A stretch of 64,000 nucleotides of DNA from Intoshia linei. Taxonomy: Eukaryota; Animalia; Orthonectida. The stretch spans positions 95,982 to 159,981 of the forward strand of contig LWCA01000001.1 of the NCBI GenBank assembly GCA_001642005.1, written 5' to 3'. Position 1 is the stretch's first letter, and every line of letters begins with the position of its first letter. Positions 14,701-27,100 of this stretch are shown here, piece after piece. Both the position numbers and the translations under genes were made by a program. The notes beneath the pieces are model-generated. The model worked only from the letters and a program-made list of their open reading frames with translations. It had not been told where the DNA came from and searched no databases.

Positions 14701-17700
14701 ATAAATCGGATGTGAAAAAATAAATTTTTCAATTATTATTGAAAATTCGTCATTTGTTAAAGTTAAAAATATTAAATAATTTGAATAAAGAATGAATTTG
14801 TATATTTTAAATAACTTACCCTTTAGCTTTGTGATTCCCTAAAAATTCATACACAATCTAAAGTCAACAGCATGTAACTTAAACAATCTCAACCTAGATA
14901 CGTAACTGCAGAGTCGAACCTACCCAACTCGAGGCCACCAAAAATGAAAAATTGAAATTTTCGCCAAAAATAGGGTCAAATAACCCTATGCACCTCTCGA
15001 AGGCTCTTTATTTGAAATTTTAAATTTATGGCACAAAATAATTGATATCAAAGAATATAATTTTATTGCTTAACCTTTCATGTATTTACTAAAAATTTTG
15101 AATATTTTTAAAAAAAAATAATGAAAACAATATTTTAATTTTAAAACTTTGAGTATATTTGAGAATATTCGTTAGTTTAAAATGAAATATGTTGTAAAAT
15201 TTAAAACAAGCTATGTAGAATTGCATTTTATTTATTACACAACATGCCATTTTTGCACCAATTTATACTTTCTAGTTATTTTCATGATTTAAGTCTACAT
15301 TACAGAAGATAACAATTAAAAACCAATAAATTTTAAATAATTATCTATCACAATACATACTGGAATTACATAATTTGATTTTAAAATTATAAATTGGATG
15401 AATAGATTAAAATGGCTTTGTAGCGTATCGACAGCTCAAATAAAATTGATATTATGCTAATTTATGCAAAGTTTATAAAATTTTTGGTTTTTAAATAACT
15501 ATCGATTAAATAAGATTTTTAAATTTTAATTTAAGGGGTTTTTAAATAAGAATTTTTATATTACAACAGGTTGGTGCTTTGTACAAATAACACTTAGTTA
15601 TGATACCCATGTTATTTATATCCACTTAACCACACAAAAATTTCAGTCTGACAAAGTGACGTCTTCACGTTCAAAAAAGCACTTTAGTATTTATTTTTTT
15701 ATTGGATTTACAAAAAATTTCGATACCACAAATCTGCGCATTTCCTGTGAAAAATAACTTATACTATACAGTTTAAGTCCTTATTAACGGAATTGAAAAT
15801 TCCATTATGTAATTAAATTTTAAATTTGTGAAATAATTGGAATATAAAATTTTCACCATAATAACACACTTGTTAACGGAATTTAATTTTTTAATAATTG
15901 TAAATAAAAACTATTAAACGGCCTATTTTAATATATATCTTATATTAAACTATTTAACATATTTCTTGTAATTATGAGTTTTTGAATAATACATGACGAA
16001 GTATTATACACCCATCATTCTCAATGGCTTTCATGTGAACCCTGAGGGTCCACATCAATTTTTTAGGTATCCATGAAAAATTTAATAATTAAATTATATA
16101 CAGAATTAAAATAAAGTAAAAAATGATATTTTCACAATAATAAGTAATTATATCTAATTTAAAATCTATAAAAAATTTGATAAAAAACGTAATAAATTGA
16201 GTTTGTAAATAAGTCAAAAATAAAATGGGCAAGTCAGTTTTTGTTTATGCTAGTTCAGTGGTTCCCAAAGTGGTCCACAGGAAATTCTAGGTGGTCCACA
16301 AAAACAATTTTTAATAAAATCAACATAACCTTTTTTTAAACAATAATATTAAATTAGAATATTATTCATTATCGATTATTTATTATTATTAATGACGTGA
16401 ACGTAAATATCATTTTATAAAAATGAAGTGAAAATTTACTGAATAACGTGAATAATTTTCATGTGCGTTAAATTTAATCTATGTAACGATTTAACTTAGT
16501 TCGATAATCGTTCCCAGAACCGAACCTAGCAAGCTCGTGGCCCCTCCTAAAATGAAAACTACCCCTTAAAAAAATTTGTAAACATATTATAATGTCATAT
16601 AACCATATCCACCTTTAAAGACTATTGAGGTGACATTTTAAATTTAACACACAAATTAGTTGATATGCAAAAAATTTTTGAATTCTCAATTTAGTAAATT
16701 AAAGCCTCATCTTAAAAAAATTTTCGTTGAGATTCATCGGTAGAAATGTCTCGGATACGGTAGGTTCGGCACTGGTAGTTCATCATAATTAATAATAATT
16801 TGAAATTAATAATTTTTTTTAATTACGCCATTGAGCTACCATGTTAAAATTAATGCTAAATTTTCGATTTAAGGAGGAATATATAATAAAAAAATTTAAA
16901 TATTACCTTAGTGACGTGTTCAGGATTAAGGGGATTTTATTTATAAATTATGTGGTCACACACCTTTTTTTTGTGACAAGTGGTTGATGGTGGATAAAGT
17001 TTGGGAACCACTGTGCTAATCATTAAAAATAGATTATAGATATTTAGAGATAACATTTTTATTAACGGAATGTTTAATTCATACAAATTTGCTAAGAAAA
17101 AATAAATTCCGTTAACTGTTAACTTAACATATATATATATATATAATTATAATATTAGAATATAATAATATGTTTATATATAAACCTATTGTGATTGAAT
17201 TTTAAATACTTTAGAAAACAGATGGAGCACATATTTGAATCAATATCAACTTTTTTTAGAATGTTTCCAGACATATTGATAGTATTAATAATATTGAACT
17301 GTTGCATTGAATCAATCTAAATTTATAATATTCATTGATATAATAAATATACATTGCATAGTATACAAATAATTGTAGTAACTAATATCATGTATTACAT
17401 GTTGTATAATTATAAATTTTTTGATATAATATAATAACCGTTTCAATTTCATTATAAGACAAATCTACATATAAAAGCCTTGAAAACTGAAAAATACTTT
17501 TTGAACTTGTAAGAAAATTTCCCTTTAACGACAAATAAACCAAAAATGGCATAATTTTCTTAGTACAATTATAATTAATTGAATCAGAGACTTTATCATA
17601 ACATTCAACACTTTGAATAGAATTTTCGTCCACATTCAAATATAAAATACATTTATAAAAATTAAATGTCCTTTCATCATTCGAAAGCAAATCAAATTCA

Positions 17701-20700
17701 CAAATACGATTTTTACACAAATTGAGTATTTTAAATTCAAAATTAACATGATCACTCTTACAAAAATCCAAACTTTCAACCATGTTATTTGATAAATCGA
17801 TATGATTCAACTTTTTAACTAATGTTTTTAAATACACGCTCTTGAGTTTATTATTCTAAATATTTATACATATAAAAATGGACATGTGCTTTATACCTTT
17901 AAATCCAATTCAACAAGATTACTATATACTACATCAAAAAAAAATGATTCAATTTTGCAATTATTAATTCGTAGTATTGAAATATTTTGTAAGAGAATAT
18001 TGTTTTTGATTAATATTTTCAAATTAATGTTAATTTTATCAACATTCTCAATTTCAATAATCTAAATAAATTTATAAGACCTTAATAAATAATTGTTTTA
18101 TTAAAAATCATACATTTTTAAGTAACTTTACAGTCTTATCGAAATCAGTATCATTCGAATTTTCATTCAAATTATTGTAATACTTGCTAAATTTCAAATC
18201 TTGGTTAATATTATATTTTTTTCTTCTTTTGAGTTTCATATATAAAATGCTAAAATAATAATTAAAATTAAAATAATGTACTTAGTACATAACAGAAAAG
18301 CTATAATAAAATATTACGCATTTTTTTGAAATTTCAAATATTCACTTCTCAATTTTTTAAAATTGGATATATCAGAATTCAATAAATTTTTGTTAATCTT
18401 TTCACCACATTCTAATTTGTTTTCATTAGTTTTTTTTAAATTTTGATGGATAGAGTTATTATTAATATTATCATTTTTTTTATTTATTGTATTCTTCAAA
18501 TTTGGTAAATTTTCCTTTTTATCTTGGGTACATGACAAACCCTTTAATGTAACAGGTTTAAAATTATCATCTAAACTTGAATCTTTAATTTGTTCCAATT
18601 CCACACATTTCACAATAATTTTCACATCATCATTTCGACTAATTTCCTGGTTATTTTTCATGTCTATATTTTGACATTTATTTAACCGTATTTGACCTTT
18701 TTCACATTTTTCAATTTTTTTGACTTGAACGTCCTTGAAATTTTTTTTAATAATTGCGAAACTTTTTATTTCTTCATCTTTTTTAATTTTATCACATTTT
18801 TCATCATTTGTAGAATTAACCAAATCTTTAGAATTTTTGATTATTCTAAATTTATCACATTTTTCAATGTTTTTAATATTTTCAAATTTTTCATTTTCAT
18901 TTTTTAAATTTACATTATCCTTCAAATATTCATTCTTTTTATCAATTTTATCTAATTTACAAACATTTAGAGACTTATCAAGAATGTAATCTTTTCTTTT
19001 TACAAAACTGTTAACAATTTTAGAAATATCTGATTTAATCGAATTTTTTGTAATTTTGGACATTTTTGTTTCATTTTGTATCTCCATTTTTATCTCCTCT
19101 TTTGGTTTGTAAATTTTTTCTTTGTCAAACAAACTATCTATAAAATTTTCTACCTTAAATGTGGACTTTTCTAGATTTTTCAAATCATTTATGGAATTAT
19201 TGTTTACAGGTTTTACAGTTGATGTACATTTTATTTCATCTTTTCGTATATTTTTATTCGAATATTTATCTTTTATACAATGTGTATTCAAATCACTTGA
19301 AATTTGAAATTTTTCTTCATTATCTTGGTTATTTTCAATTTTTTTTATAGAAACATAAGATACATTTCCATTATTGTCAAGACTTATGAAGTCTTTATTA
19401 ATTTCTTGGATTTTCAATATTTTTAAATTGGATAAATACTCAGCTTTTTTATTCTTCATGTCATTATGTATTTTTTCATTATTTTTGTTTTTATTAGATG
19501 CAATAGTAATCTCTTCTAATTCATAAAGTTTATTTGGGTTTATGGACTGATTATTTTCAGTGCAATTATTTAATTGATTGTCGTTTTCATCAGTATTTTT
19601 TATTTCTTGCTTTATATCCATTTTCAATTTTTCTTTTTTTGATTTTATCGATATTACAGAATTTTTCAAAAATCGAATAATAATATTTGCACATGTTTTT
19701 AGCTTCATTTTATTACAGAATACATCAATTTTCATTTGACGTGCATCGTTTTTTATTATTGTAATTTCGTCGTTTAATATTTTCTAAATATACTATTATA
19801 AATAAAAATATTAACCCTAATTAATAGGAATACTGAAATATTTTGATATATTAATTATTATATTATATTATGATATAAAAATTTTATCAACTACCACATT
19901 GTATATTGCAGTGTTTCTCAAGTAGTGAACCTTGGCACTAATGAGCCCAAAAAAAATTCTGAGTTTCTGAGTTGCCGCGGAAAATAAAAACGAGGTATGT
20001 ACCATTTCACAGAGGACCAGTTACATTAGTTTTTTTGGTTTTTATACCGAAACAACTTTTTTTCTCAAATTTATCTTTTCTTTCTAAAATCTTATAATAC
20101 ATATTATTATTTATATAGTAAGGATTTTTATAAGCACCCAACCAATATATAATTTTTACTATTTTGATTTTTTTTGTGAGCTAATTTTTTTAAGTTCTTC
20201 CAAATGCGGATAAATGGGAAAAAAGTTGAGAAACACTGGTACATTGTATTACATTGTTTTTTTCATATGACGTTTCCAAAATGTTATTTTCAATGTTACA
20301 CTGTTCAATCAATCTTTGATTTTTATTCTACATGTAAATAATTAATTATTTAGAGTTGACAAAAATGCATGTTTGTTTGTAAAAGTAAAAGTACCTGTAA
20401 ATTATTTTGTTGAAAGTTGGTTTCATCATATTTTTCTTTATGTTGGTCAGCACTGTTGTCCATAATATCGTTAATTTCGTCGGAATAATTTATTTTAAGG
20501 TTTTTTAATATCTAAATTTTGATCATCATTGTAATCAAAAACGCATGTAAAAATACCTCTAAATATATATGTAAATTTTATTAAAAATTGAGCTTATCAA
20601 TGAGTTTGTAACAATAGAAATCATTGATAACTAACTAATTAATATTGATAAACTAATTGATAACTAATCAATTATTTTGTTTTCTAAATTTTTTAAAACC

Positions 20701-23444
20701 CAACCAAATATTCACAAGCCCCATTGGTGGGCAGACGTCCCACGTTGGGAATCACTGCGCTACAGTATCTTATTGAAAAAACTGATATTTACAGTGATAT
20801 AAAATTTTTCAGTTTGTGACATGAAGAATATCATAACAGTGGCACAAGTATTTATATAACTACCTCATATGTTTCATTGTTTTCATTATTTCCTATATCC
20901 TTATCTTCAACATCTAAATTTTTAATTTATCTTAGTTCATGATTTTTATAATTTGTATTTTGATATGATTTAATTAGAAGTTGGCAAATTTTGTTCTAAG
21001 GATGAAATCTCAGTTTCTGCACTGTGAATTGTGAAGTCGGATTCTACGTTAGTCATAAAATTTTACATAATCTCATACCTACGGACCAATTTTCAGAATT
21101 CACAAATATACACATTTTTTTAATTTTCAATAAAAAATCCAGATTTTTCTAAAAAAATTTTAAACTGCACTTTCCGATATTTTTCAACTCAAAATTCAAA
21201 ATATATTCCAGTATTTATGTTGTATAAAATTATAAGACTTTCTTAATTTTACAAAACTGAGAAATTTGTGGTTTTGACCGTAAAGATATAACATTTTGAA
21301 ATTAAAAATTATCATAATATTGATGAATTACTTTTCATTAGAATGTGTAATTTTTATAATTCTAGGACGGGTTTGAATTTAAATACAAACGACAATTGGG
21401 ATTTTTAACCTTGAAGGACTCAATTTCTGATTTTGAAATTTGCGATAAAACATTGATCTGCTCAATGATTTAAGAATATGGAATTTGTAAAACTCGACAC
21501 CCCTTACTTTCTTAAATAAACTCGAACAAATAAATAAGTAAATAAATAAACAGACATACATTTGTAAATTTTTAACCATTTGTGTGTTATCGTTTATTTA
21601 AATATTTACCAGTCTTAAAATTTTATAAAGTCCAGATTTCAATTACAGTTTTTTCCGGAGTGTTAGCAAAATAAATTTCAACCTCCCAAATTCACATTTT
21701 ACGGGTCAAAAAGCTTAATTGTCCTTTTTTTGAAAATGAAACGAGTTTGAAAATTTAAAAAAATATATCATCAAGGCCAAAACCACAAATTACCTTTTTT
21801 TAATGAAAACAGCCCTATAATTTAAAAACATTTACAGATGGTACAGTTGTATCCTGATAACACACACAAAAAATTTCAATCTGAATAAGTGACGCCTTAA
21901 CAGTCAAAAAAGCATTTAAGTATTCATATATTTTTTTTCCGAAATATTTCACTAAAACAAAAAATGTGAAATAATTAAGCGTCCGAAAGTTTAAAAAAAG
22001 ATTTATTTGATAGAGCTTATTCCAGTTGATATAAATACAATATTTCAACCCCAGAAATCTACGCATTCCCGGTGAAAAATAATTTTTAATATATTATCAA
22101 CCAATATTTTTAAATATTTCGATTAAAATAAAAAATTGAAAATGTAAATATTGATCCTACAATTTCAAATAAAGTGCAATTTGTAGTCTACACATTTCCA
22201 ATTATAATAAAAATCTATATAATTCATTCCTTCGCAATTTTTAAATCTCAAATTCTCATTTTCAAAAGATTTTGGTTAAATTTTAAATTAAAACCACAAC
22301 AACGATTACTAAAAGTAGCAGTAATAGAACTTTGTTATTATAATTTTTATATTTATTACAACCTTTTGCAATATTGATAAAATTCACCTTAAATATTTTT
22401 ATAAAGTGTTGATTTTGTTAATTATTGATACATAATTGGTATTTTTAAGTATTTATTAAATTGGTACTGAATATATATTATCACATTGAAAATGATAAAA
22501 TAGGTTTTTATAATTTTATTTTTTCTGGAATTTATGCTATTTATGACAATTTTTAGGATTGGACTGTTTTGACACATTCTGTCTAATAAATTAAAAAAAT
22601 AACATAACAATTGTTTTAAAAATTATTTACGCAAATGTTAACAAAACAAAATAAGATGAAATAATTCACTTTAAAGTAAAAAATAATGTGATATGACTGG
22701 TCCACCTAAAACAAGTTTGGGAACCACTCCTTTAAAGGATTGATAATAGTAAATAGTAGGATTTTTAAGTTAGATTTTCAACGTGAATTTATAATTTGGT
22801 AGAATAGAAATGTGCCCTCGGCAGAGCTAGATGCTATTTTTACATAACAGTAAACCTAGTTTTATATAAGTAAGGATGTATTAAATATTAATATTTTAAA
22901 ATGTAACTAAAAAATCTAAACAAAAACACGAAATTATGGCTTCAATAATTTACTAACACGTAAATAAATTTAAAACATACTGTCGTCGTTTTGATTTGTG
23001 ATGGAATAATAAATTTTTCTACTTTTTTCTAAGAATGCTTTCATTGACTGAGATTCTGAATATGAAATTTCCTGTAAATTATTACATTAAGGCAATTTAT
23101 TATTTTATTATACTAATTATCATAATATACATTTTATAATTTGTAAATTAGTTTTATTTATAATTTCAAGAACCTTGCCAAATCTATAAAATACGAAAAA
23201 AATTGGATACATAAAATAGACTTTACAAGAACAATTTTCCATGCATTACGTTCCATGTAATAATAAATTAAAAATTAAATAAAACATCTAATAAGATTCT
23301 TCAATTGTATATAAAAAATACATTTTCATCATAATTTTCTTTTTGGTTAATTTGATTATCATCTTTTGCATCTGACAGTGAAATATTTTCGAGTTCTTTG
23401 TCAATTTCGTCATTTAACCATTTTTCATCATTAATCTTATCCAT
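5705..23444 (-). CDS. LRRIQ1: Multi-exon leucine-rich repeat and IQ-motif protein, LRRIQ1-like
   Basis: ATG at 23444 gives MDKINDEKWLNDEIDKELENISLS, resembling the acidic N-terminus of LRRIQ1. A large low-complexity exon spans 19783-18318. LRR exons lie at ~18062-17897, ~17856-17440, 17316-17186 and 12031-11955 (LVELDLK/NNKL, LNHIDLSNNMV, LVYLSLKGNFL, LLYVDLSYNEI, IHSMDFSFNEM). IQ exons are 10243-10139 (IIQKYYRK) and 9110-9014 (LIQKWWRK). Exons 10243, 9215, 9110, 8939 and 8186 join in phase. The 3' end (stop at 5707-5705, ...KSWNTGKL*) and some exons at 20-21 kb and 11-12 kb are tentative. Confidence 0.65.
6010..6605. mobile_element. Two Helitron-like fragments in opposite orientation
   Basis: 6010-6290 carries minus-strand subunits (aatttgtggttttg). 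6400-6605 carries plus-strand subunits and a decayed 3' end (ccctcggtaaagctagg...gtacataacaatacacctaa). Confidence 0.5.
7124..7170. repeat. Short (AGTAC/AGTAT/AGT)n simple repeat
   Basis: Visible directly as tagtatagtacagtaagtacagtacagtagtatagtaatagtagta. Confidence 0.7.
8285..8790 (+). mobile_element. Helitron-like fragment (subfamily C) in an LRRIQ1-like intron
   Basis: 5' end tcttaacttatacaaaattgaatgtctgtctctgtgtgtt, followed by family subunits. Confidence 0.5.
9290..10075 (-). mobile_element. Helitron-like element (subfamily C) with internal tandem subunits
   Basis: About four ggtaatttgtggttttg subunits; 5' region aacacacacatattcaatttatata shared with the copies near 26340 and 53560. 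Confidence 0.55.
10666..11113 (-). mobile_element. Non-autonomous Helitron with both termini (subfamily A, ~450 bp)
   Basis: The minus strand starts A|TCCTTACTTATATAATATGCTACGC with a (GT)n tract. It ends with the hairpin CTGTTTGTAC-GTA-GTACATAACAG followed by TCAATTTAG|T. Insertion is at an AT site with no TSD. Confidence 0.75.
12775..14723 (+). CDS. Two-exon ~635-aa type I membrane protein with Asp-box (BNR)-like motifs; divergent Vps10p/sortilin-like candidate
   Basis: Exons 12775-13533 and 13575-14723 join in frame across a 41-nt GT-AG intron. The N-terminus is hydrophobic and signal-like. Asp-box-like motifs are YDSYDNGDIF, YVNYNGIDW and WYSFNGCRSF. A Cys-rich juxtamembrane region precedes the TM helix IITIIGMLLVFLVFIIVAISVV and a short basic tail ending KNKSDVKK. 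Confidence 0.6.
16256..17013. mobile_element. hAT-type MITE (TIR CAGTGGTTCCCAAA)
   Basis: TIRs cagtggttcccaaa / tttgggaaccactg; decayed 8-bp TSD tgctagtt / tgctaatc. Confidence 0.8.
16515..16774. mobile_element. MITE (TIR ~CAGTGCCGAACCTAC) nested in the previous MITE
   Basis: Ends cagaaccgaacctagc and ggtaggttcggcactg. Related single ends occur at ~14909 and ~49318. Confidence 0.65.
19909..20238. mobile_element. hAT-type MITE (TIR CAGTGTTTCTCAA)
   Basis: TIRs cagtgtttctcaa / ttgagaaacactg; TSD gtatattg / gtacattg (7/8). Confidence 0.8.
21190..22876. mobile_element. Composite Helitron-like locus: a plus-strand subfamily A copy (~21565-22859) within a minus-strand subfamily B copy
   Basis: The 3' end ...taaacCTAG|T at 22856-22860 is followed at once by tttatataagtaagga, the reverse complement of the family 5' end. 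The rest of the minus copy lies at ~21190-21562. Confidence 0.6.
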
Positions 23445-24132
23445 ATTCAAATGTTATGCATGTAAACAAAACAAAATATTCCATTAGTAACAAAATTAAA
23501 CCAAAACAATGAGAATTTGAGCATTATGTATACATTTATCCTTACGTACAATCGTATCATTGATTTCAATTCCATCAGCCAATGTCTCATCATAATAAAC
23601 TTTTGCATTAACCGAGTGTACCGACCAGTCATTTCATTTTTTTATTTGATTAAGATTCATATATCATGATTCATGATCAGTATTCTCTCAAATTATACGT
23701 ACAGTAATGGAGTATTAGACAGTAACGTGTATTAGCAGTACTGATACATAAAATTTAAAATTTAAATTTTTTAACTAATTTTTTTTACTCACCCATATCT
23801 GTCACTAATTAAAAAAATTTTTTTTACGTTCGTACTCGTTGCAGATCTCTAACTTCAATATTTTAAATGGCAGAACTATGTAAAGTCCCAAAATTAGCGC
23901 CTAGTGAAAAAATACTGTATTCTATCTAGTGACCAGATAGAATACATAAAAATGAACATTACTTCGTACTGAAATATAAAATTATATATATATTTGAAAG
24001 AAATAAAGTTTTATTTTTTATCTAAAATATTTTTATAAAAATGATATTGTTGATATATTTTCATTAAATTTAAAAATTTAATTTAAAATTATACGAGAAA
24101 TAAAGTAGGAATAGGTTAAAGTCAATATAAAA
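23445..24132. promoter_or_regulatory. Putative bidirectional promoter between LRRIQ1-like and RALGAPA
   Basis: The divergent ATGs are ~690 bp apart, with no recognisable TE between them. The region contains a 12-bp inverted repeat at 23916-23946. Confidence 0.5.
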
Positions 24133-27100
24133 ATGTTTTCAAAAAGACATTTTGAAAAAAAGAAAATTATAATCAAAATATTGGACAATAAAAAGGATCC
24201 AACATCTAAATTAAAAAAAATACGTTCTGTTCTCGGTAATATTTAATTACGGTGAAATTTCGTTAAATTACATAGCAAAAAAAAAACTTAAATTGTTTAT
24301 TTTACCTCATCTTATACATTATTCTTAAACGTAAACATTACACGATTGTATGAAATGGGGCCATTTTATTTAAAAAAATATTAGTTATGATTTATTAAAA
24401 TAACTCATCTCACGGTACCGATTGATTTAAACTTAATTAATTTTATTTTGATAATGATCAAATATGTCAGACATCCTTAACCCACCGCCAACTTATCGTA
24501 CCGAGAACTCTATGGGTCAGGTGGATGCTGGTCAACTTAGTGGACCACTTTTACCCCATTAAGAAAAACTGATATCTATAACTTTTTAATATGATTTTTT
24601 ATTAAAATGTTAATTCTAACCATACAATTTACTTTTAACACTTTATAAATTAATACAATTTGTATTTTATCAATATATATACAGTATATATTATACACTC
24701 ATTGAAATTGTAATAATTGAAATTTAATTTAAATGTAGAAAGCAATGATCCTCTAGCAATCGAAAAATTTTTTAACGAAAATTATTCTCAAATCTTTTAC
24801 GTGTTTTGGGACAATGTTTCAGCGTATGACAATGAATATCGAGATAAAAAGAACAAATTTGCGATGGATGATTTAGAGTACTTGATATTTATGTTAATGC
24901 AAATAATTGAGAGATTGCCACATTTAATTCATGAAAGATGGCAATTTCATGTACTCGGACGTTATCTATCACGACTTTTACATATAAACAACTCATTAGC
25001 CATTAAAAAGTTTGGATTTGAAATTTTCATGACATGGTACGGTATTCTCAATGATAATTCTTCTACAGAATGCAAAATTATGTTTCGTAAACTCATTCCT
25101 ACTATTGGATCTCAAGGCTACATTACGAGTGATATGTTTACTCGGTTTCCTCAAGGTTTATTCAAAATTTTGAATATAACAGATTTTTAATTTAAAAATT
25201 AGGATCAAATTGCTCACCCGATATCGAACCTTTTTCAGATGTTAATTTAAACCTGAAATTAGAATTTAAGGTTGAAGATACAAAGTATCTGTTTATCGTA
25301 TTACTCAATTCCATTGTGTTTAATGTATTATTCTTTTATATTTGTTTATTTTTCTTTTACTAATTTGATTCTTTTTAGACCTTCAAAATTAAACTTAATC
25401 AATTTCAAAGAGTCAAAACTTTCTCTTTTGTTTTTAATCAATTTAAATTACATTATCTATCCATCATTTTTGAAGTGTCGATGGGATATAATTCCGGTAA
25501 ATTTTAATATTTAAATTTTTATCAATTTATTTTTTTAATCTTTATACATAATCTTTATTTAATTTGTCTTAGAAGAAATAGAAAATTTAAGTCTATCTAA
25601 ACCTGGAAACGATCCTGTTGATTCACATGTAGAAATATGTCGAATTTTGTTTTTAGAGTGGATCAGTCAATTTTTATTTATGAAAAAACCTTTTAAGTAA
25701 TCATCTTTTTTATTGTTTGCTAACTTTATGACTTTAGGAAAAATAGCAGCAGCAAATCATCACATTCATCTAACTTTAATTGTCCAAAATGTAAGAAAAT
25801 TGTATTTTCAAATTCATTTTTTACTTTCTAAACAAATATGTCATTTTCCAATATAAATTTATAAATTTGAATATAAATTATATTTATCCGGTTTTGTGAA
25901 ATTTTGACCGATGAAAAATTAATACAAAATTCACACATAGTTACACATGACAACTAATTTGTATATATAATATAAAATCTCTTGACTACTCCTAAAATTA
26001 TTCTAAGTCAATTCAATGAAGCTTCCACTATTTTCCAAAAACGAGACCTCAAAATTTCAGGAAAATAATAGAAACTATTTCCTTAGGAATGAAGTAATAT
26101 TTTTATCATGAAGATGTACTTTTCTGAGGCTGAGATTTTCTATTTACAAAAATGTTAATAATTTTAAAACGCTTGATAGATTTATGTTTTTTTAAATTTT
26201 TTGGCTGATTTTATTTTAAAAAAAGGGGGAAATTGGGGTTTCACCCTGAAGGACTACATTTCGCAAAATGAAAAATAAATATCAACATTATTAGAAATTG
26301 GGTTTTTTTAAATTTTAAGAATTTATTTTTTAAATATACGGTAACACACACCGACATTCAATTTTATATAAGGAAAGGATTAATACGTTCATTTGGTGAA
26401 ACGTATTTTTTGTATATTTACTTTTTTTCACTATCTAATCATTTCTAACTAATAATTTATTTATAATTAATAAAATTAAATAAGAAACAATAATGTAAAA
26501 GTGCATTATTATTATTACATTATTAAATGTATAAGTAATGCTCAAATTATAATCAGGAATAAATAAATCAAGAAAAATATGGGTTAAAAATTTTGTTATA
26601 ACGGGGGCCGCACATTCCATAAATGGGGGCACAAATGGCCCGCGGTCGCATAATTGACACACCTGGTCAAGACAGTTGGTCCACTTAAAAAATTAAAAAC
26701 CGATGAAACACTGAGATGCTGTAATTATTATAGTCTGATATTTATAATTTTGAAAAGTGAATTAAAAGCTGATAAAAATGACAATTAATTGTTATAAAAA
26801 TGAAAAATTTGTTTAGAAAGTGAAAATTTAATAACTTATTATTATTAAGATTAATAAATAGGATAATAATGTTGTTATAAAAATCAACATAATTTTAATG
26901 GAAATTAATATAACTGCATAATATTGGGTAAAAAAATGATAAAATGAGTTTTTACTGTGAAGTAGGGAATATTTTAACAAATTTTTAAAACTTCACATTA
27001 ATTAGAAGTTAATTTTATTTAAAATTTTATACATATATGTTTCCGTAGAGATGTTTGCAGGAATGTATTGTACATGTATTACTAAAGATAATAGACTTTA

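Noticed and set aside
18692-19350. Plus-strand Phe-rich ORFs
   Set aside because: Antisense shadows of the Lys/Glu/Asn-rich minus-strand exon.
23453-23467. RFX X-box-like GTTATGCATGTAAAC upstream of the LRRIQ1-like gene
   Set aside because: Spacing and sequence fit the consensus poorly and could easily arise by chance.
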